Source: Octopus sinensis (taxonomy: Eukaryota). From it: a DNA stretch of 64,000 nucleotides. Made by a program: the position numbers and the translations under genes. This document shows, piece by piece, positions 43,399 through 57,911 of this stretch. Numbering within the stretch: the first letter of the stretch is position 1; each line of letters begins with the position of its first letter. The stretch is taken from assembly GCF_006345805.1 (NCBI RefSeq), contig NC_043007.1:56048001-56112000 (forward strand), in the 5' to 3' direction. Below the pieces are notes generated by a model. That model had not been told where the DNA came from, searched no databases, and saw only the letters and a list, made by a program, of their open reading frames with translations.

Positions 43399-43459
<61 letters not shown>

Positions 43460-44199
43460 ATATATATATATAGAGAGAGAGAGAAAGAAAGAGAGAGAAA
43501 CAAAGAGAAAGAGAGAGTGAGTCACACGCGCGCTCACACACATAAAATAACAAACGAATGGGCTATCAAAAAATAATTATTACAATTGTTTCATTAGGGG
43601 GCTTTTATTTTGACGGTAGCATAATACAATAAGATTGTGTAATACATTACATATGTTACCGAACTTCTAACGTATCAGGCAATTGGATAAATAGATGAAC
43701 AACGACTTGATTAATCAACAAATTATGCATAAGTGATATTTCTATTCAGAATACTAACATTTAAGTATTTTTAAGTTGAGTGTATTTCCAAGCATTCAAA
43801 GAAAAGAATACATGGTGGAATAAGGTCATAAATATAAAGACATTTGGAAGTATGAAGATATATAAGAAATCATTGAACTTCGCAACCTCAGCTGCAAGTA
43901 ATGGATGTAAACATGTATTGAAGGCTTACATATATTTCCGTTTAATATTGCAGAAGTCTAGCTCCATAGTTCCATCGTACTAATTGATCGATTCATAGTT
44001 GATCGACAGAAAAAAAGAGAACAACCCCAACCTTTACCTCCTTCAAAGTCAGTGGAGAGAGAAGTTATCCAAATGTAGTAGATAATAGGCGCCAAGTAAA
44101 CCCTAAGGTGACAAGTTCAAAGGCAGTCGCAGATAATGCCCTAAACAAACAGTTTCTTGTACTATATTATTTTGCAGTCGGTATTAGTCTTTCTTTAAC

Positions 44200-44597
44200 T
44201 TGTGGCTGACGATATGTGCATCTCTGATCACGAGCAGAAGTAGTGGGGGAGCATCATAGCCATGTGTTGAGAGGGATTCTTTGGGGTTTGAATAATTCAC
44301 CTCTGGAAACATGGGTGGTTTTTTCAACATCCTTAAACAACCCTTATTCAGAGACCATTTGAGCGGGATGGGCTACTCAACCTGAAGAAATTTCTAACTG
44401 GGCCCCACCTGCAAGGTCATGTGCTGTTTATCTTGATATGAGATCACCATGTCGCGCATATATGGTTGTGATGCATGTGCCTGGTGTACCCTTATCAGAC
44501 GGGTAGTCATGATGGGTATATTGGGTTTCGTATATTTTACCCCAGTGTCACTTTGATGGCATGAACTGCTCTCTCACTCAATAATAATAATAATAAT
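44200..44597 (+). mobile_element. Non-coding interspersed repeat with a (TAA)n tail (SINE-like)
   Basis: GC-richer block ending in ctctctcactc(aat)n; no coding potential seen. Confidence 0.45.
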
Positions 44598-45199
44598 GAA
44601 TAGCTCCGGGCAAAATAACAACATGGACGTACACCAAGAAGCTCTCTCCATAAAACAAACTTAATCCAATAACATCGGTACAATGGAATGAAAACTTCGC
44701 GATACAGCTTTGGGGAAAGTCCTGTTAAAGAAAAGGAACTAAAAAATCAGAAAGATTTTTGTGACATACAGTGTAGTTTTTCTTAAATGCGTGATATCTT
44801 AATGTGACGTAAGCAAGACGTCGAAACCAGCGCCAGGATCCCTGAAAAACACATTATACATACAACTGTCCATGCATCCATGTGCACACCCTAATATTTA
44901 CAAGCAACATAAATAATGCCTACATGACAGACACCTACGCAAACAGAAAGTAAAAGAAAAACACTTGTCATGAGCGACGCCGTACCAAACAAAAACAGAG
45001 CGACAACCCACAAACGAATATAAAAAGGAGCAAATTAGTCACTCAGTTTAAAACATCACTAAACAGTTACGCCCGTAAACATAGCGCCCCCCCCCAAAAA
45101 AAAGAAATAGAGTCAATTTTTGATCTATCAGTCTAGGATATGATAAATATATCTATTCAAAGAACAAGGAAACGGTATCATGTCGAAAAGTCTACCTTG

Positions 45200-48000
45200 A
45201 ACAAACAGACCCATCTCCTATTGTCACTGTCAATGTTTTAATGACAAGCCAAAACTCATGCCGGATCGGTCATCGCCCGGGACAAGGACCGCGTTACCCA
45301 ATGGGGAAAAGAGATGTGTTGAGAGCTTTCTATACAGCCCAACTAAACTCAAACAATAACTTCATTGTACTAACATACACTTCATGTAGAAACTTAGTAG
45401 GCAACGAAGTACGCAGATATATAGATGCAAGTGAATTAAGTAATGTATGTAGAGACATCATTAAGAATAAACGGTTAACTGACATTGAAATTAGCAAAAT
45501 TAGGACACAAATATCCCATGGTAGACCAAATGAAAACAGCAACAATGCAGATGAAACAGGTAACAGATGCAAAGAACCCAATGTACTAGCAGTACAGTTC
45601 AACGAGGAAGCTGAAGAAAGAATAATGAAGAATAGGTATGCAGGAAAAGAGGACATAGTAGACCTACCTCAAGAACACCAGAATAGATATGACAGAATTT
45701 GATGTTAATAATAACGAAATCATAGAAACAAAAGAGAGAACTCAGCAAGATTGAGTTTACTGACATGATCAATTGAGAACCGCTACCATAGCTCTCAAAC
45801 AGTATAAAGGATAACAACACATTCGTAATATAGTACATTGCTCTTAGACAGATCTAAAGAAATGAACTAACAAACTTAAATAACCTCATCTATTCCACTG
45901 CTAAAGTTGTAACTACTCAATTAGGTATTGACCATGTCAATACACCTAAGCAATACAAAAACACATTCAATTTTTGCGGACGGACGTATCAGTTCTCGAT
46001 GAACCTGCTAGAGGAGTAAATGTTAAGACGAAACAAGCTAGAAAAATCAAGCAAAAATATAAAATCAGAGATTTTATAAACCTCCCTGCAACCAGGGAAC
46101 TAGTGAAACAACGAATACAACTGAAAGCCCAACGGCTCAGAAGGTATGACTTTTGTACGAGGAAATCTCAAGCAAACAGCTTCTATTAATTTAGGCACCG
46201 ACAATACCATCAAGAAACTTGTACCACAAGAAAGCTATAAATACTTGAGGATAAACGAAGGAGGTGGTATACAGCATGCTACTATGAAGGAAAACATACG
46301 GAAGGAATATTACAGAAGAATACGACTAAAAACTGAACTCAACTCCAAAAATAGCATCGAAGCCATTAACACTTGGGTACTTCCATTAACCCTATACAGT
46401 TTTAACATCATTAACTGGAGTCTTACAGAACTCCAACGCCTGGTACCAAGGATCACCTAGTCATCGATTAAACAGTTTTGAGGCATTGTAAAAGATATAC
46501 AAATATGTCTATGGCTTGCATTGTCTTCAAGAAGGCATATGATATGATGCCTCAATCTTGGATCGTTGAATGTCTGCAAATGTTTGGTGTTGCTGACAAT
46601 ATCACAAATTTTCTGATGCATAGCATGAAAGAGTGAAACACCAAATTGTATTCAAGTAATGTATTCCTTGGAGAAATTAATATTAAAAGAGATGTCTTCC
46701 AAGGTGACTCGTTTCCTCCGTTACTATTTGTAATTGCACTAATATCCATAACAATGACACTTGGGTAAGTTAAAATGGGCTACCGATGTAGGAAGAAAGG
46801 TCCATCATTTAACCATCTTCTGTTTATGAATGACCTGGAATTCTTTGGGAAATCTGAAAAACAGATAGATTCCTTAACCAAAACCGTCCAGAAATGTGGT
46901 ATGGACATCGGTATGGAATTTGGGATTACCAAATGCTCAGTACTTAATATGAAAAGAGGGAAGAAAGCATCCTGCAGATGATTGCGGTTACCATCAGGAG
47001 AAATCATGAGTGAACCCGACGGTAGTTGGTATAGATATAGATTTTGGAGCTGGATGACATTCTACGTAGAGAAATGAAAGTCAAGGTCAGCGATGCGTAT
47101 CAAATAAGGGTGAAGATGGTGCTGAAATCCAAGCTGAATGCCAAAATTTTTGATTGCCGCAATGAATATCTAGGCAGTTGCGGTAGTCAGATATAGTGCG
47201 TCCATCCTTAGATGGACTAAGGAGGAAATATCAACATTAGATAGAAGGATGAGGGGGTTGATAACGCTGCATGGGGCGCTACACACTAAAGCAAACGTAA
47301 ACAGACTGTATATGAAAAGAAAGAATGGTGGAAGAGGACTAATTAGTATAGACTATTGTATAAGGAGTGAAAGGAGAATGCTTGCCGACTATTTGATAAA
47401 TAGTAATGAAGACCTGCTGCAATATGCCGCGAAAGATGTGGGTGTAAATGCAAATTAAATGATGGGAAGGCAGAGTTTAATCAAAGAGTTGAGGAGAAGA
47501 GAAAAGAAGACTTTCTTGAAAGGAGAATGCATGGACAGTTTGAAAGGAATACACATGACGTTAAGAATAATACAGCATCGTGGGCAAGGCTTGAGCGAGG
47601 TGATTTGAAGGGTACCACCGAAAGCCTGATCATTGCTGCACAAGACCAGGTTCTCGCTACCAAGTCAGTGAGGTATAACATCTATAAAACATCTGACACC
47701 CAGAAATGTAGACTGTGGAAAGAGTGTGGAAAATGTGACCCTCTTGGTAAGTGGATGTGAGAGCCTTGCACAAAAAGAATACAAGTGATGCTACGATAAA
47801 GTGTGTATCTTCACTGGCTCTTATGTGAAGTAGCAGAACTGGTATGAGTATTTAGCAAGTAAAGTTATGCAGGAGGAGGGAAAAGTAACGATACCTTGGG
47901 ACTATGATTTTCAGACGGATCGTGTAATCGAACACTGTCGGCCAGATATTGTCATATTGAATAATAGAGACAAATACTGTCAACTCAATGATATAGCCTA
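45200..48000 (+). mobile_element. Two joined degenerate R4/Dong fragments (junction ~46440)
   Basis: N-terminal RDIIKNKRLTDIEI and RIQLKAQRLRRY, a jump to ESYKYL..TELNSKN, then a restart at GTKDHL..DVFQGDS..LFMNDL..GGRGL..AAQDQ..RPDIV. Confidence 0.85.
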
Positions 48001-48355
48001 TTGAAACTTCAAAACCTCTTAAGGCAACTGGAAAACCATCTTCTCAAGTTCTTTCATTCAAGCATTCTTTCCCATAAACTGAGTGTATGTTTCGAGTCGC
48101 TTCGACTGCAGAGTTTCCTTTTTTGTACTCATAAAGCATTATGTACCTCAAATGCTCTTTGGATACTTCCATGTTAGAAAGGGTTTCAATCAAAGAAGTT
48201 TTAATTCTATTATTCTGTAAAATAATATTTAATTAGTTTAAATGTACACAAATACATAAAATTAATTTTTAATTCCATTAGACATTCAAGAATGTCTAAA
48301 AAAGGTAAAATCGGACGGAACATATGAGGTGATCTGATAATTAAAAAAAAACTAT

Positions 48356-48554
48356 TCTTTTATTCTATTTCAGTCATTTGACTGCGGCCATGCTGGAGCA
48401 CCGCCTTTAGTCGAGCAGATCGACCCCGGGAATTATTCTTTGTAAGCCTAGTACTTATTCTATCGGTCTCTCTTGCCGAACCGCTAAGTGTCGGGGACGT
48501 AAATACACCAGAATCAGTTGTCAAGCGATGTTGGGGGGGACAAACACAGACACA

Positions 48555-48597
<43 letters not shown>

Positions 48598-48760
48598 GTA
48601 TATATACGACGGGCTTCTTTCAGTTTCCTCTACCAAATCCACTCACAAGGATTTTGTCGGTCCGAGGCTATAGTAGAAGACACTTGCCCAAGGTGCCACG
48701 CAGTGGGACTGAACCCGGAACCATGTGGTTGTAAGCAAGCTACTTACCACACAGCCACTC
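48356..48760 (-). mobile_element. Full-length tRNA-derived SINE with internal (TG)n
   Basis: Minus strand A box TGGCTGTGTGG and B box GGTTCAGTCC; 3' end ccagcatggccgcagtcaaatgactgaaa. Confidence 0.9.
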
Positions 48761-49269
48761 AAATTCAAACTATTAGTTCTCCAAATTTAATCAATAAAAT
48801 TCTCTGGCCACCTCAATCTACCATGCAGCATAATTACCATTCAATGGAACTCAGGTTACCCTTGAAAATTTTTAACTTAACAGAGACTATAAGGTGAACT
48901 TGTAAGAATACCATCTAGTGATGGTTTAGCTGCCCGAAATTTCAAAGTCACTATCAATATTATTTTTGTTAAAGAATAATACATTTTTACACTACCAAAT
49001 GTACTGAGTAATCATTCAATTTAATTTAAAACAATTTTTCTATTTTAACATAAAAACGCACAGACATACACACAAACATATGCAAACGAATGAGTGAATA
49101 AATGAAAGTAGCGCCCCAAACATTTGCTACGAGTTACATATGCTTTTAATATACTCAATATACTCGCCCACAAATCTTTAAGTCATACAGAACTGAGTCA
49201 AACTGCAATTAAATACACACGCGCGCGCGCAGGCACATAGATATGTATTTATGAATGATATGGGAAATC

Positions 49270-50313
49270 AAAGTGGAATATACTATAGACAGGCAGATAG
49301 GTAGATAGGGATAACGGATAAGGATATGTAATATAGTGAGTAGGAGAAAGAGAAATTTATTGATGAAGTCACTATGAGAGGAAATTCCTTTAAAAATAAT
49401 TAAAAGTCAATAAATCTTATCAAATCACTTGTATTTGTTCTGTCTATTTTTTATAAGCTTTCCCCCTCTTCTTTTTGTTTAGTGTTTATTTATTTTGTTA
49501 TATAATTATATATTTTTATGAAATATATTATGAAATAAGGGGCAATGAGTTATATTGTTTTCCGCGTTTCATTGGGTTGATATACGACGCACTGAGTCAT
49601 CTTGCTGCATAGGAAATCTGTTTAGTGACGTCATAAGCTGCTGACACCGGAATTTCCGTAATAAGCAACGAATGCCGTTAAAGTGCTTTTTCGATTAAGC
49701 TGGTTATATGTGTGACACGGCAAATCGGTCAACTTCAAATTTTTACTTAAATAGCTAAGCGAATGCCTCTATCATTGTCTCTCTCTCTTTCTCTTTCTCT
49801 CTCTCTCTGTCACCTCACTCATTTTCTCAAAATTTTTGCACATATATACACAGGCATACTTTTCGCATGTATGTCTTTCTATCTTTATCCCTCTTTTTTT
49901 CTATATGTATATAGATATAAAGAATTAGTTCATGATACCCTTTACTGCTCAGTTTTACATACGTACCTTCGATCAGGAAATTCCTGGTGAACAAGACTGT
50001 AGGGAAAAATAACACTGGTTGTGGTGGTCAGATGGTAAGAATTTTTATTGATTAAATTTGTGGAAGTGCTAATTGCTGGAATTTATTCATGCATGTTGAA
50101 TTTTGCAATTAAATATGTATGTTTAGGTGTGTCAGCTTTAGTTCATGTAGGTTCAGAAAATAATGTAATATAGTTAGTACGCAGATGGGTATTATTCGCG
50201 GTCTTTCACCTATGTGCATTGCAGCCCAATGATAGCTTAGCTGGACGAAACTTCGAAGTCACTGTTAATACAATTCTTGTCAATGATTCATATGTGTGTG
50301 TGTATGTGTGTAA

Positions 50314-50349
<36 letters not shown>

Positions 50350-51183
50350 ATCCAAGTATACATACACACACACACACACACATGAATGTATGCTCTTTGT
50401 CATTTTCATTTAGAGTAAATTTTGACCGGCCACCTGCTTGGATATTAAGGTTGTGAAGGAAAGCATCATGTTTTAACCTCAAGGAGGCCTTGTAGATTTT
50501 TATAGTCCCAGATATCGTAATCATTTGTAGTGTATGAATTAAGGATATGCATTCTCTTCCCAAGATACTTAGTTCAGACATATTTTGCCCCAGACTTGTT
50601 GGTATATATCCCGTTGCTCCAAAAATATTAGGTATGAAACTGAAAGTGTATCCTGGATACTGGATTTGCAAACGCCCTATGAATGGTCTATAGATTTCCT
50701 CTTTCTCTTGTATTCTTCTAACCACATTAGTGTCCATAGAGCAGCTGATTTCCATAACACAACGATATTTGGCCGGTTGTGTTCTAACTTGGCAATTGTT
50801 TTTTAATTTTTAAGTTCCACTTATATTCTTTTATCCCATCGGTCGCAATATGGTCAACTTCGTCAGTAGGTGTTTGTATTCTTCTTTGTTATCATGTTCT
50901 AGTTCTATGTGTATATGCATACATATAGGTTATCATATGTATGCATATATATGGGTTATGAAGTGGAATATACAATAGATAGGCAGATATAAGAGAAGAA
51001 TATAGAATATAGTGAGTGGTAGAAAAAGAAATTTATTGAGGAAGTCACTATGAGAGGAAATCCTTTTAAAAGTAACCAAAACTCAATAAACTCTATCAAA
51101 TCACTTGTTTATGTAAATTTGTGTTCTCTATTTTTATCTTCATTTTAACATATTCGCCTCTCCTTTTGGTGTAGTGTTTATTT
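49270..51183 (+). repeat. Diverged ~220-bp direct repeats (49270-49490 and 50961-51183)
   Basis: Both copies contain aagtggaatatac..gaaatttattga.gaagtcactatgagaggaaat..tatcaaatcacttgt..tagtgtttattt. Confidence 0.85.
50470..50830 (-). mobile_element. R4-like RLE LINE 3' fragment
   Basis: HNRPNIV / EISCSMDTNV..EKEEIY..LQIQYPGYTFSFIPNIFGATG..GTIKIYK. Confidence 0.75.
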
Positions 51184-52752
51184 GGATATTATGCTGGACA
51201 GAAAGCCCTGTCGCATTTCAAGATGGGAAAGAAACAAATGATTCTTTGTTCTTAAATGATATATTTAATCAAGAAACTATTTACCCTCATTGTTGATAAC
51301 ATAATCCCATCGATTTGACAAATTGTTAATAATTCGGGCGTAAAATTCTTCCGGTTTCGAAGCAAAGAAATAGTCAATATCATATATACAACTTCTTCAT
51401 AATTAATAATTGTTTTCCCTCTAGATGGTGCTGCAATGATCTAAGTCATAGATGGTGTAAGGTCATGAGAGTAAGGCAGATGAGACAAACCTTTTGTATC
51501 TTTTGCAGTGTGACTTTGGCAATATGTGCTCTTACATTACCGTATTTGAGTAGCACCCTGTCTATGAATGATCAATGATGGGCGCTTTTCTGCAAATTTC
51601 GGCGCTAGCTTCCAACTGACGACAGTAATTATCCGTATTAACTGCTTTGTTTGGATTTAACACTTCATGATAGACGACTTCTTTCGTATCCCACCAAACC
51701 CTGAGCATAACTCTTTGCGTGGGGTCGACCTGGTTTGGGGACAGTCCTTAATTTTCATTGGGTGCTAACCATTATCGTTTTCGTTGGAAATGATTATAGG
51801 CGATTCACATTTCATCACTTGTGAGGATTCCACTCAGGAAAGGTTTGGTAGCAAGTTTACTCTTCAACGGTGAGTAGAGGAAACAGTTAGATGTTGAGGC
51901 ACTGCATGCTGAATATTTGCATGAAGAAATATGCTCTTTATATATTTGTGACATTTTGTATCGATGATTAGTATTACTCTCTACATACATGCATATACAT
52001 ATATTTCGCTAAAACGCATTTGAAACAATGGACAACAGTCGAAATATCAATGGATGAGTAAATAAGCATCCTTAAAGTGAAATAACGCATTGGTAGATAA
52101 ACAAAGGTATCAACGAACAGAAGAGAGGGAAGGAAGCATCACCTTTCAAGTAACTCAGAATAGGTAAAGGTAAATGTTTAGTGCATGATCATCCTTGGGA
52201 CATAAGTAACGTGTGCGTAAAGTTTGGTGAAAATAGGTTGAGAATTGTGGAAATGTATGCATTAGTTATTATACACACACATACTGTGATTTATGTATAC
52301 TAGATTATCTGAGAACCCTAATAAGAGCATTTTAAACATGGATTGCTATGGTCCCGTAGAGGAAAGATTTACAAGAAATCTTAACAGCACAGCAATACCT
52401 GTTTTCTATTCTCTGCAATCTTTTTATGTTACATGTTTAAATATAAGTAAACTTCATCAATACGCCAACTCTTCTATCAGTATCCCGTACATATGCAAAA
52501 TCTTTCAATATCCTGTACATGTGTCAACTTCATCAGTGCCCTAGACGTACAATATCATCGTCGATATATTCAGACATACATCAATACTGTCCCAGGCACA
52601 CTGATAATCTGTGAAAAGAATTCAATATTTCTTTGACAGAAACAATATAACGTTGAATGAAATGGTTTGAGGTACTTCGTTTGCATCCTTCCATTTTTTA
52701 AAATTAGGATTCTTTAGGAGTTGTTATTCATGTTATTATTATTACTGTCATT

Positions 52753-52970
52753 AACGCGTCAAATTCGAGGAATCGTTAGCACGCCGGGCAAAATGCTAAA
52801 CATCTGTTAGTCTTTACGCTTTGAGTTCAAATTCTGCCGAGATCAACTTCACTTTTTATCCTTTCGGGGTCGATAAGATAAGTGCTAGTAGAACACTGGG
52901 GTCGATGTAATCGACTTACCTCTCCCTTAAAGTTTCAAGCCTTTGTGTCTATAACAGAAAGGATTAATAT
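52753..52970 (+). mobile_element. tRNA-derived SINE
   Basis: gaatcgttagcacgccgggcaaaatg..gagttcaaattc..cctttcggggtcgataa..cactggggtcgatgtaatcgac. Confidence 0.8.
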
Positions 52971-55022
52971 TGCCATTATTAATGCGGTATGCTGGCAGAA
53001 CAGTAGAAAAGATTATTATTGTTGCTGTCGTTGGGCCTGGTATTGTTGATGCTTTTGACCACGGCATTGAGTCTATGTTCAGTATTATCTTTTCTTTCTT
53101 TTCACTCTGTTGCGTATATACGTGGACGGTTGGGAGTATGTACCAGAGTCTGTCTTTGTCTAAATAAGTAAAAGAGGGCGTGACCACTGCCAGTATCCTC
53201 GAATCGACCTTTCTATCTTCTGTTTACTCCTTCCTACTGCTTAGCAATCTATCACCCCCGTACTCCTCCACTCCATTGGGGTTGCAGGCAATTTGCAGAA
53301 CAGGCATATATATTGAGCAAACGTAGAGCAAACACAACACTTTGTATTTTTGACCTGAATCACTGATGTGAAGTTCACTAAGATTAGCCAAACATTTGTG
53401 TAATCTTGTCCGTTGATTAACTGAAACGTGTATACGTTATATAAAGTTTAAAATATATAAAATGCTTTCTGTATTTTTCATTAATACAAACACACGCAAA
53501 TACACGCGTGCACGCATATATATATTTATGGTAATTACGGTGGGCATGCATTTTTATCTAATATAGCTGATATTGTTTACGCTGTGTTGCTTAGTCACAT
53601 CATTTGTTGACTCAAGTAGTTCATAAAAACAAAAGTCATTCAATAGGTAATATGATAGCGACTAAACAAACTCTATTTACGGTAGATTGGTCGTCGGAGA
53701 AAAGATTAGAGTGTAGAGCAGTTATTAAATTACTTTTCAATATCTGGATAAAGACTCCCTTGACTCGTTTTCAACAAAGTCTTCTATAATTAAGATTAAA
53801 AAGTTGTTTGAATATATATTCTATTTGATGGATACATAAATAGTGTGCAGTTCATTGTTGCTTGCAGATATATATCTATTGTTTGTCTTTCATTTATCTG
53901 ATTTTTCTATGTATTTGTTAACTCCACTTACATGTTTAGTATGTCTGTGGGTATATACATATTTATATATATAAATACATATATCATTAACAGATTATAT
54001 CATATGCTATATACTTACATAAATACAAACTCCATTTTTTTCATATATCTTCAGTGATAACTGTCCTTACTTATTAACTCTTAGATACAAGACTTGTTTT
54101 CACTATCTGAGGAAAACAGGAAAACTAATATTTCCAGCTTCGAGAAAATTAATTGTCTTCATATTGTTTTGTTTGTTAGATTTATGTAGCGATTAAATTG
54201 TTGTATGTCATGATTCAGATTTATTTTGCAAAATATCTTGCTATGACTGTTGCTAGAAGGATAAGGATCAAGAAAGGATTTTCGTGTAGAAGTGACTGAA
54301 TTCAATTGAAAAGGAAGCTTGAATTTCAATAAATCATAATGCTAGCTAATCCTACTTTCAGGAAATCTAGTCACGTGACATTGAATTCTAGATTGAGTTA
54401 AATACTATGCACAGGAACCGAATGATATTGACGGCTGATTAAATCCCTTTTCCCATGTCCAACCGATATTAGCAAACTGAAGGAAAACAATATGGAATGT
54501 TTTCTAAGAAACCAATGCGATAATAATCGTAGTAGATTGAACTCAAGTTAGACAATCGAAATAGTATATAAATAACTTATTCAAATCATCTTCTCTTCTA
54601 TTCAACGACTAGCTGAGAAGATAATCTACGGATAAGAAATTAACTAGAACGATCGGTAATTTGCAGCTGTTATGTGTTTAAGTAAGTCACAAATCTTTGT
54701 TGTATCCTTTAGATTACCTTTTTCGCTGGCCGGATTCCCACCGATTCAGAGACGATAACAGAAAGATTAAGTACAATATCTTCAGAACCAATGAAAAGCA
54801 AGTTGTTAATCCCGCACATCAACTGCCTGCAGGCCTTTCAATCTATTCCTTCTCCATACCGTTATGCTTTCTTTCTCAGAAATTGATGTCAAATATGTGT
54901 CTCGTGAATAATAGATAGTACCATTGATGCAAATAGATAATATGATGTGTGTGGTAGAAAATGTGTCTCTATTTCGGAGTGCGCATAAGCATGCACACTC
55001 GCACACGCACACCGCACCACAC

Positions 55023-55053
<31 letters not shown>

Positions 55054-55889
55054 CACACACACACACACACATACATTATACATGGTTCGGTTTATAAGTG
55101 TGTGTATGTGCGTATGTTGTTGACAGAAGAAAAAAAACAAGTAACGGAATATTTATACATGACAAGCCCAATTACAATGGCGTTCTACTCAACAATCAAT
55201 CGGTAATCAATTGGCAATCCTTCGACAAACGATTTCACTTTATTTATTGATCTGTGCTAGATATATCAATCGGCTTTTAATTGCTTCTTTAATGCAGAAA
55301 TGTATATCAATATATTATGTTAATGAGATACTCTATATGACAATCCTGGAAATAATGGTTTAGTTTCATGGGAATGCGCACGCGTGTGTATGTGTGTATC
55401 TGTGTGTATGTTAAAGAGAGAGAGAGAATTTTCCCATGTATTTATGAGTGTGGGTGTGTGCTTGTGTAGTGGGACGTGTTCTATGTGAGGTGTTCACTTT
55501 ACTTCCATATTTTCAGTTGTAGATATTGTTGTGTACAGTTCAAAGTCTTAAGGTTTTTTACTCCAAGGCCAGGAATTAAGAGAATGGGCTGGTCGATTCC
55601 GCTGACTTTAGTACTTTATTTTATCAACATTGAAAGAATGAAATGCCTGTGTATATATGCATTTACTAGCGTAAATATAGGTTTGGAAAAGTGTACGTTT
55701 CATACATATACACATTTGTTTGTTTGTGTGTGTGTGAGTGCGAGAATATCTGAGGTACATGAGTCTAGTGCGAGCGAAAGTAATTCAGAAAACGATTATA
55801 ACATTTTTTTTTACTATAAATGATCTTGAAATTCTTTTTACTTTACATAAAATATTCTTTACATTCTACTGTTGTTTTAGTGCTATTTA

Positions 55890-56781
55890 TTGTGTAATTC
55901 CCAAAATAATGCCAGTTTTTCAATTTCATGAACTGAAAGTCGGAGGGGGACGGAATAAACTACCTGCATCAACTTGCTATAAAAGCAGATAGTAACTTTA
56001 TCTTGTGCAAGTTTTGAAGAGTGTAGTCCGATTTTAACAGTTATTTTTTCAAAGCTACAATGGAAGCGACAAAGGAGCATATTCAGCATATTTTGCTTTA
56101 TGAGTTCAACAAAGGCAACAACGAAACGGAAAGTGCGAGGAATAGTAATGCAGTGTATGGGGGTCGGACTACAAGCGTTAGCCAGTGTCAGCGGTGGTTC
56201 CAGAAATTTCGAGCCAGAAAGTACAGCTTAGAAGACAAACTTCGTCCTGGAAGATCTGTAAAGCTCGACAAGGACATCCTGAAAACCCTGGTTGAACAAA
56301 AGCTCATCATAACTGTTGATGAACTAGAAGAGAGGCTTGGACTTGGTCATTAAATCATTCATTGACACCTGTATGCCATCGGAGAACGACCATCTTTGGT
56401 TTCAAGACGAAAGGTGTTCTTCCATCCGCATAACGCTAGGTCACATACAGCGAGGATGACATACCAAAGGGAAATGATGCACCACCGACAATATTCGCCG
56501 GACATTTCCCCATCTGATTATCATTTATTCCTCAGTCTTCAAAATCATTTGGACGGAAAAAAATATGAATTCTGTAGACGAGGTCAGAACAGTACTGGAG
56601 GAGTATTTTTCGTCATGAACAAGTGAATTTTGGAAAGGGGCCTTGCAAGTCTACGAGATAGATGGGAGAGCATTGCAGAAAATAAAGGAGAGCATATTTT
56701 AGATTAAAAGAGATCTTGATTTATCTTAATTTTGAAAATAAAAGTAGTACAAAAAATCGCATTACTCATGGGATGACCCAA
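55890..56781 (+). mobile_element. Degenerate, internally deleted mariner
   Basis: MEATKEHIQHILLYEFNKG..CQRWFQKFR..LEDKLRPGR; HNARSH; YSPDISPSDYHLF. Right TIR catgggatgacccaa-TA; left TIR decayed. Confidence 0.85.
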
Positions 56782-56908
56782 TATTTACGAGTATCATAAA
56801 TTTTATAGGCAACATATTCTTCTGGCAACGAATTACGATTTATAACATTGCTACTATGGGGAAATTATTGGTCTCCGGGAACAAATTCACTCGTATATCG
56901 AGGTATTA

Positions 56909-57009
<101 letters not shown>

Positions 57010-57023
57010 CATATATATACATA

Positions 57024-57410
57024 CAGGGTGCGATGCGTAAACTGTCGACATTTTATGTTCTTAATTTCGGGCATGCTCGTTTGTTTTTGGTTTTGTCGAT
57101 TACACAGTATAGTAGGGTCAGTTGGGAACTGTCTGTGAGAAAATCAGCACCATGACACAATTCGCTCTGCCAGAAATTTCGAAACGATATGCTGTACTGC
57201 TTGGCATTCGCGCCGGAAGCTCTAATACAAATATTTCAGAGTGTTTGGGTGTCAGTTCGAGGACAGTGCAATGCTTGTGTGGCCAGATTGATACCCAAAC
57301 ACTCTGAAATGTTCGTATTTGAGCTTCCAGCATGAATATCAAGCAGCACAAAATGTCGTTTCAAAATTTCGGGAAGAGTGAATCGTGTCGTGATGCAGCT
57401 TTTTTCACAA
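57024..57410 (+). mobile_element. Tc1/mariner-like 5' end folded back on itself
   Basis: Starts TA-cagggtgcg; N-terminal remnant MTQFALPEISKRYAVLLGIRAG; 57135-57256 is inverted at 57286-57410. Confidence 0.65.
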
Positions 57411-57639
57411 TGTCGTGATGCAGTTTTTACGTTCTCTGCGTTTCCCTTTTCTAAAATAATTTTTTTCTCTTCACCTATTACAATGAAAAAATAGGTTGTC
57501 TAATAAATCTGTGATTGCTTTGTACTGATGAGACTAAAGTGGTAGTAGGAAGAGGATATATGCGCTGTAACAGCACATCACTACATCCACCATTTTCAAG
57601 GTTGAAAGAGCACTGCAACATTCAGGCAACAACTCTCTA

Positions 57640-57911
57640 ACTTATGGTTCAGCTTTGGATAGTCGCTGTTGGTGAAAGTTTTACGAGGTCAGGATGCAAA
57701 TACTATCTCAGTCTCGTTTAGTCGCCTTTTACGACACGCAGAGGTAAAACGTTTAGTTTATTCTTTGAGATGCCGGTCTCCAAGAAGCACTAGAGCAACA
57801 CGAAATGAAGTGTTTTGCTGGAGAACACCACACGTCGTTCTACCCAAGAATCGAACCCACAATCTGACGACCGTTAGTGTGACACTCTAGCCACTAGGCC
57901 ACACACCTGCA
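57640..57911 (-). mobile_element. Degenerate tRNA-derived SINE
   Basis: Minus strand gtgtggcctagtggctagagtg (A box) ... gggttcgattc (B box). Confidence 0.7.

Noticed and set aside
48690-48760. tRNA gene
   Set aside because: The A/B boxes belong to a SINE head; no cloverleaf is evident and the SINE body follows.
57523-57550. CTGATGAGACTAAAGT hammerhead-like start
   Set aside because: No GAAA or cleavage triplet follows.
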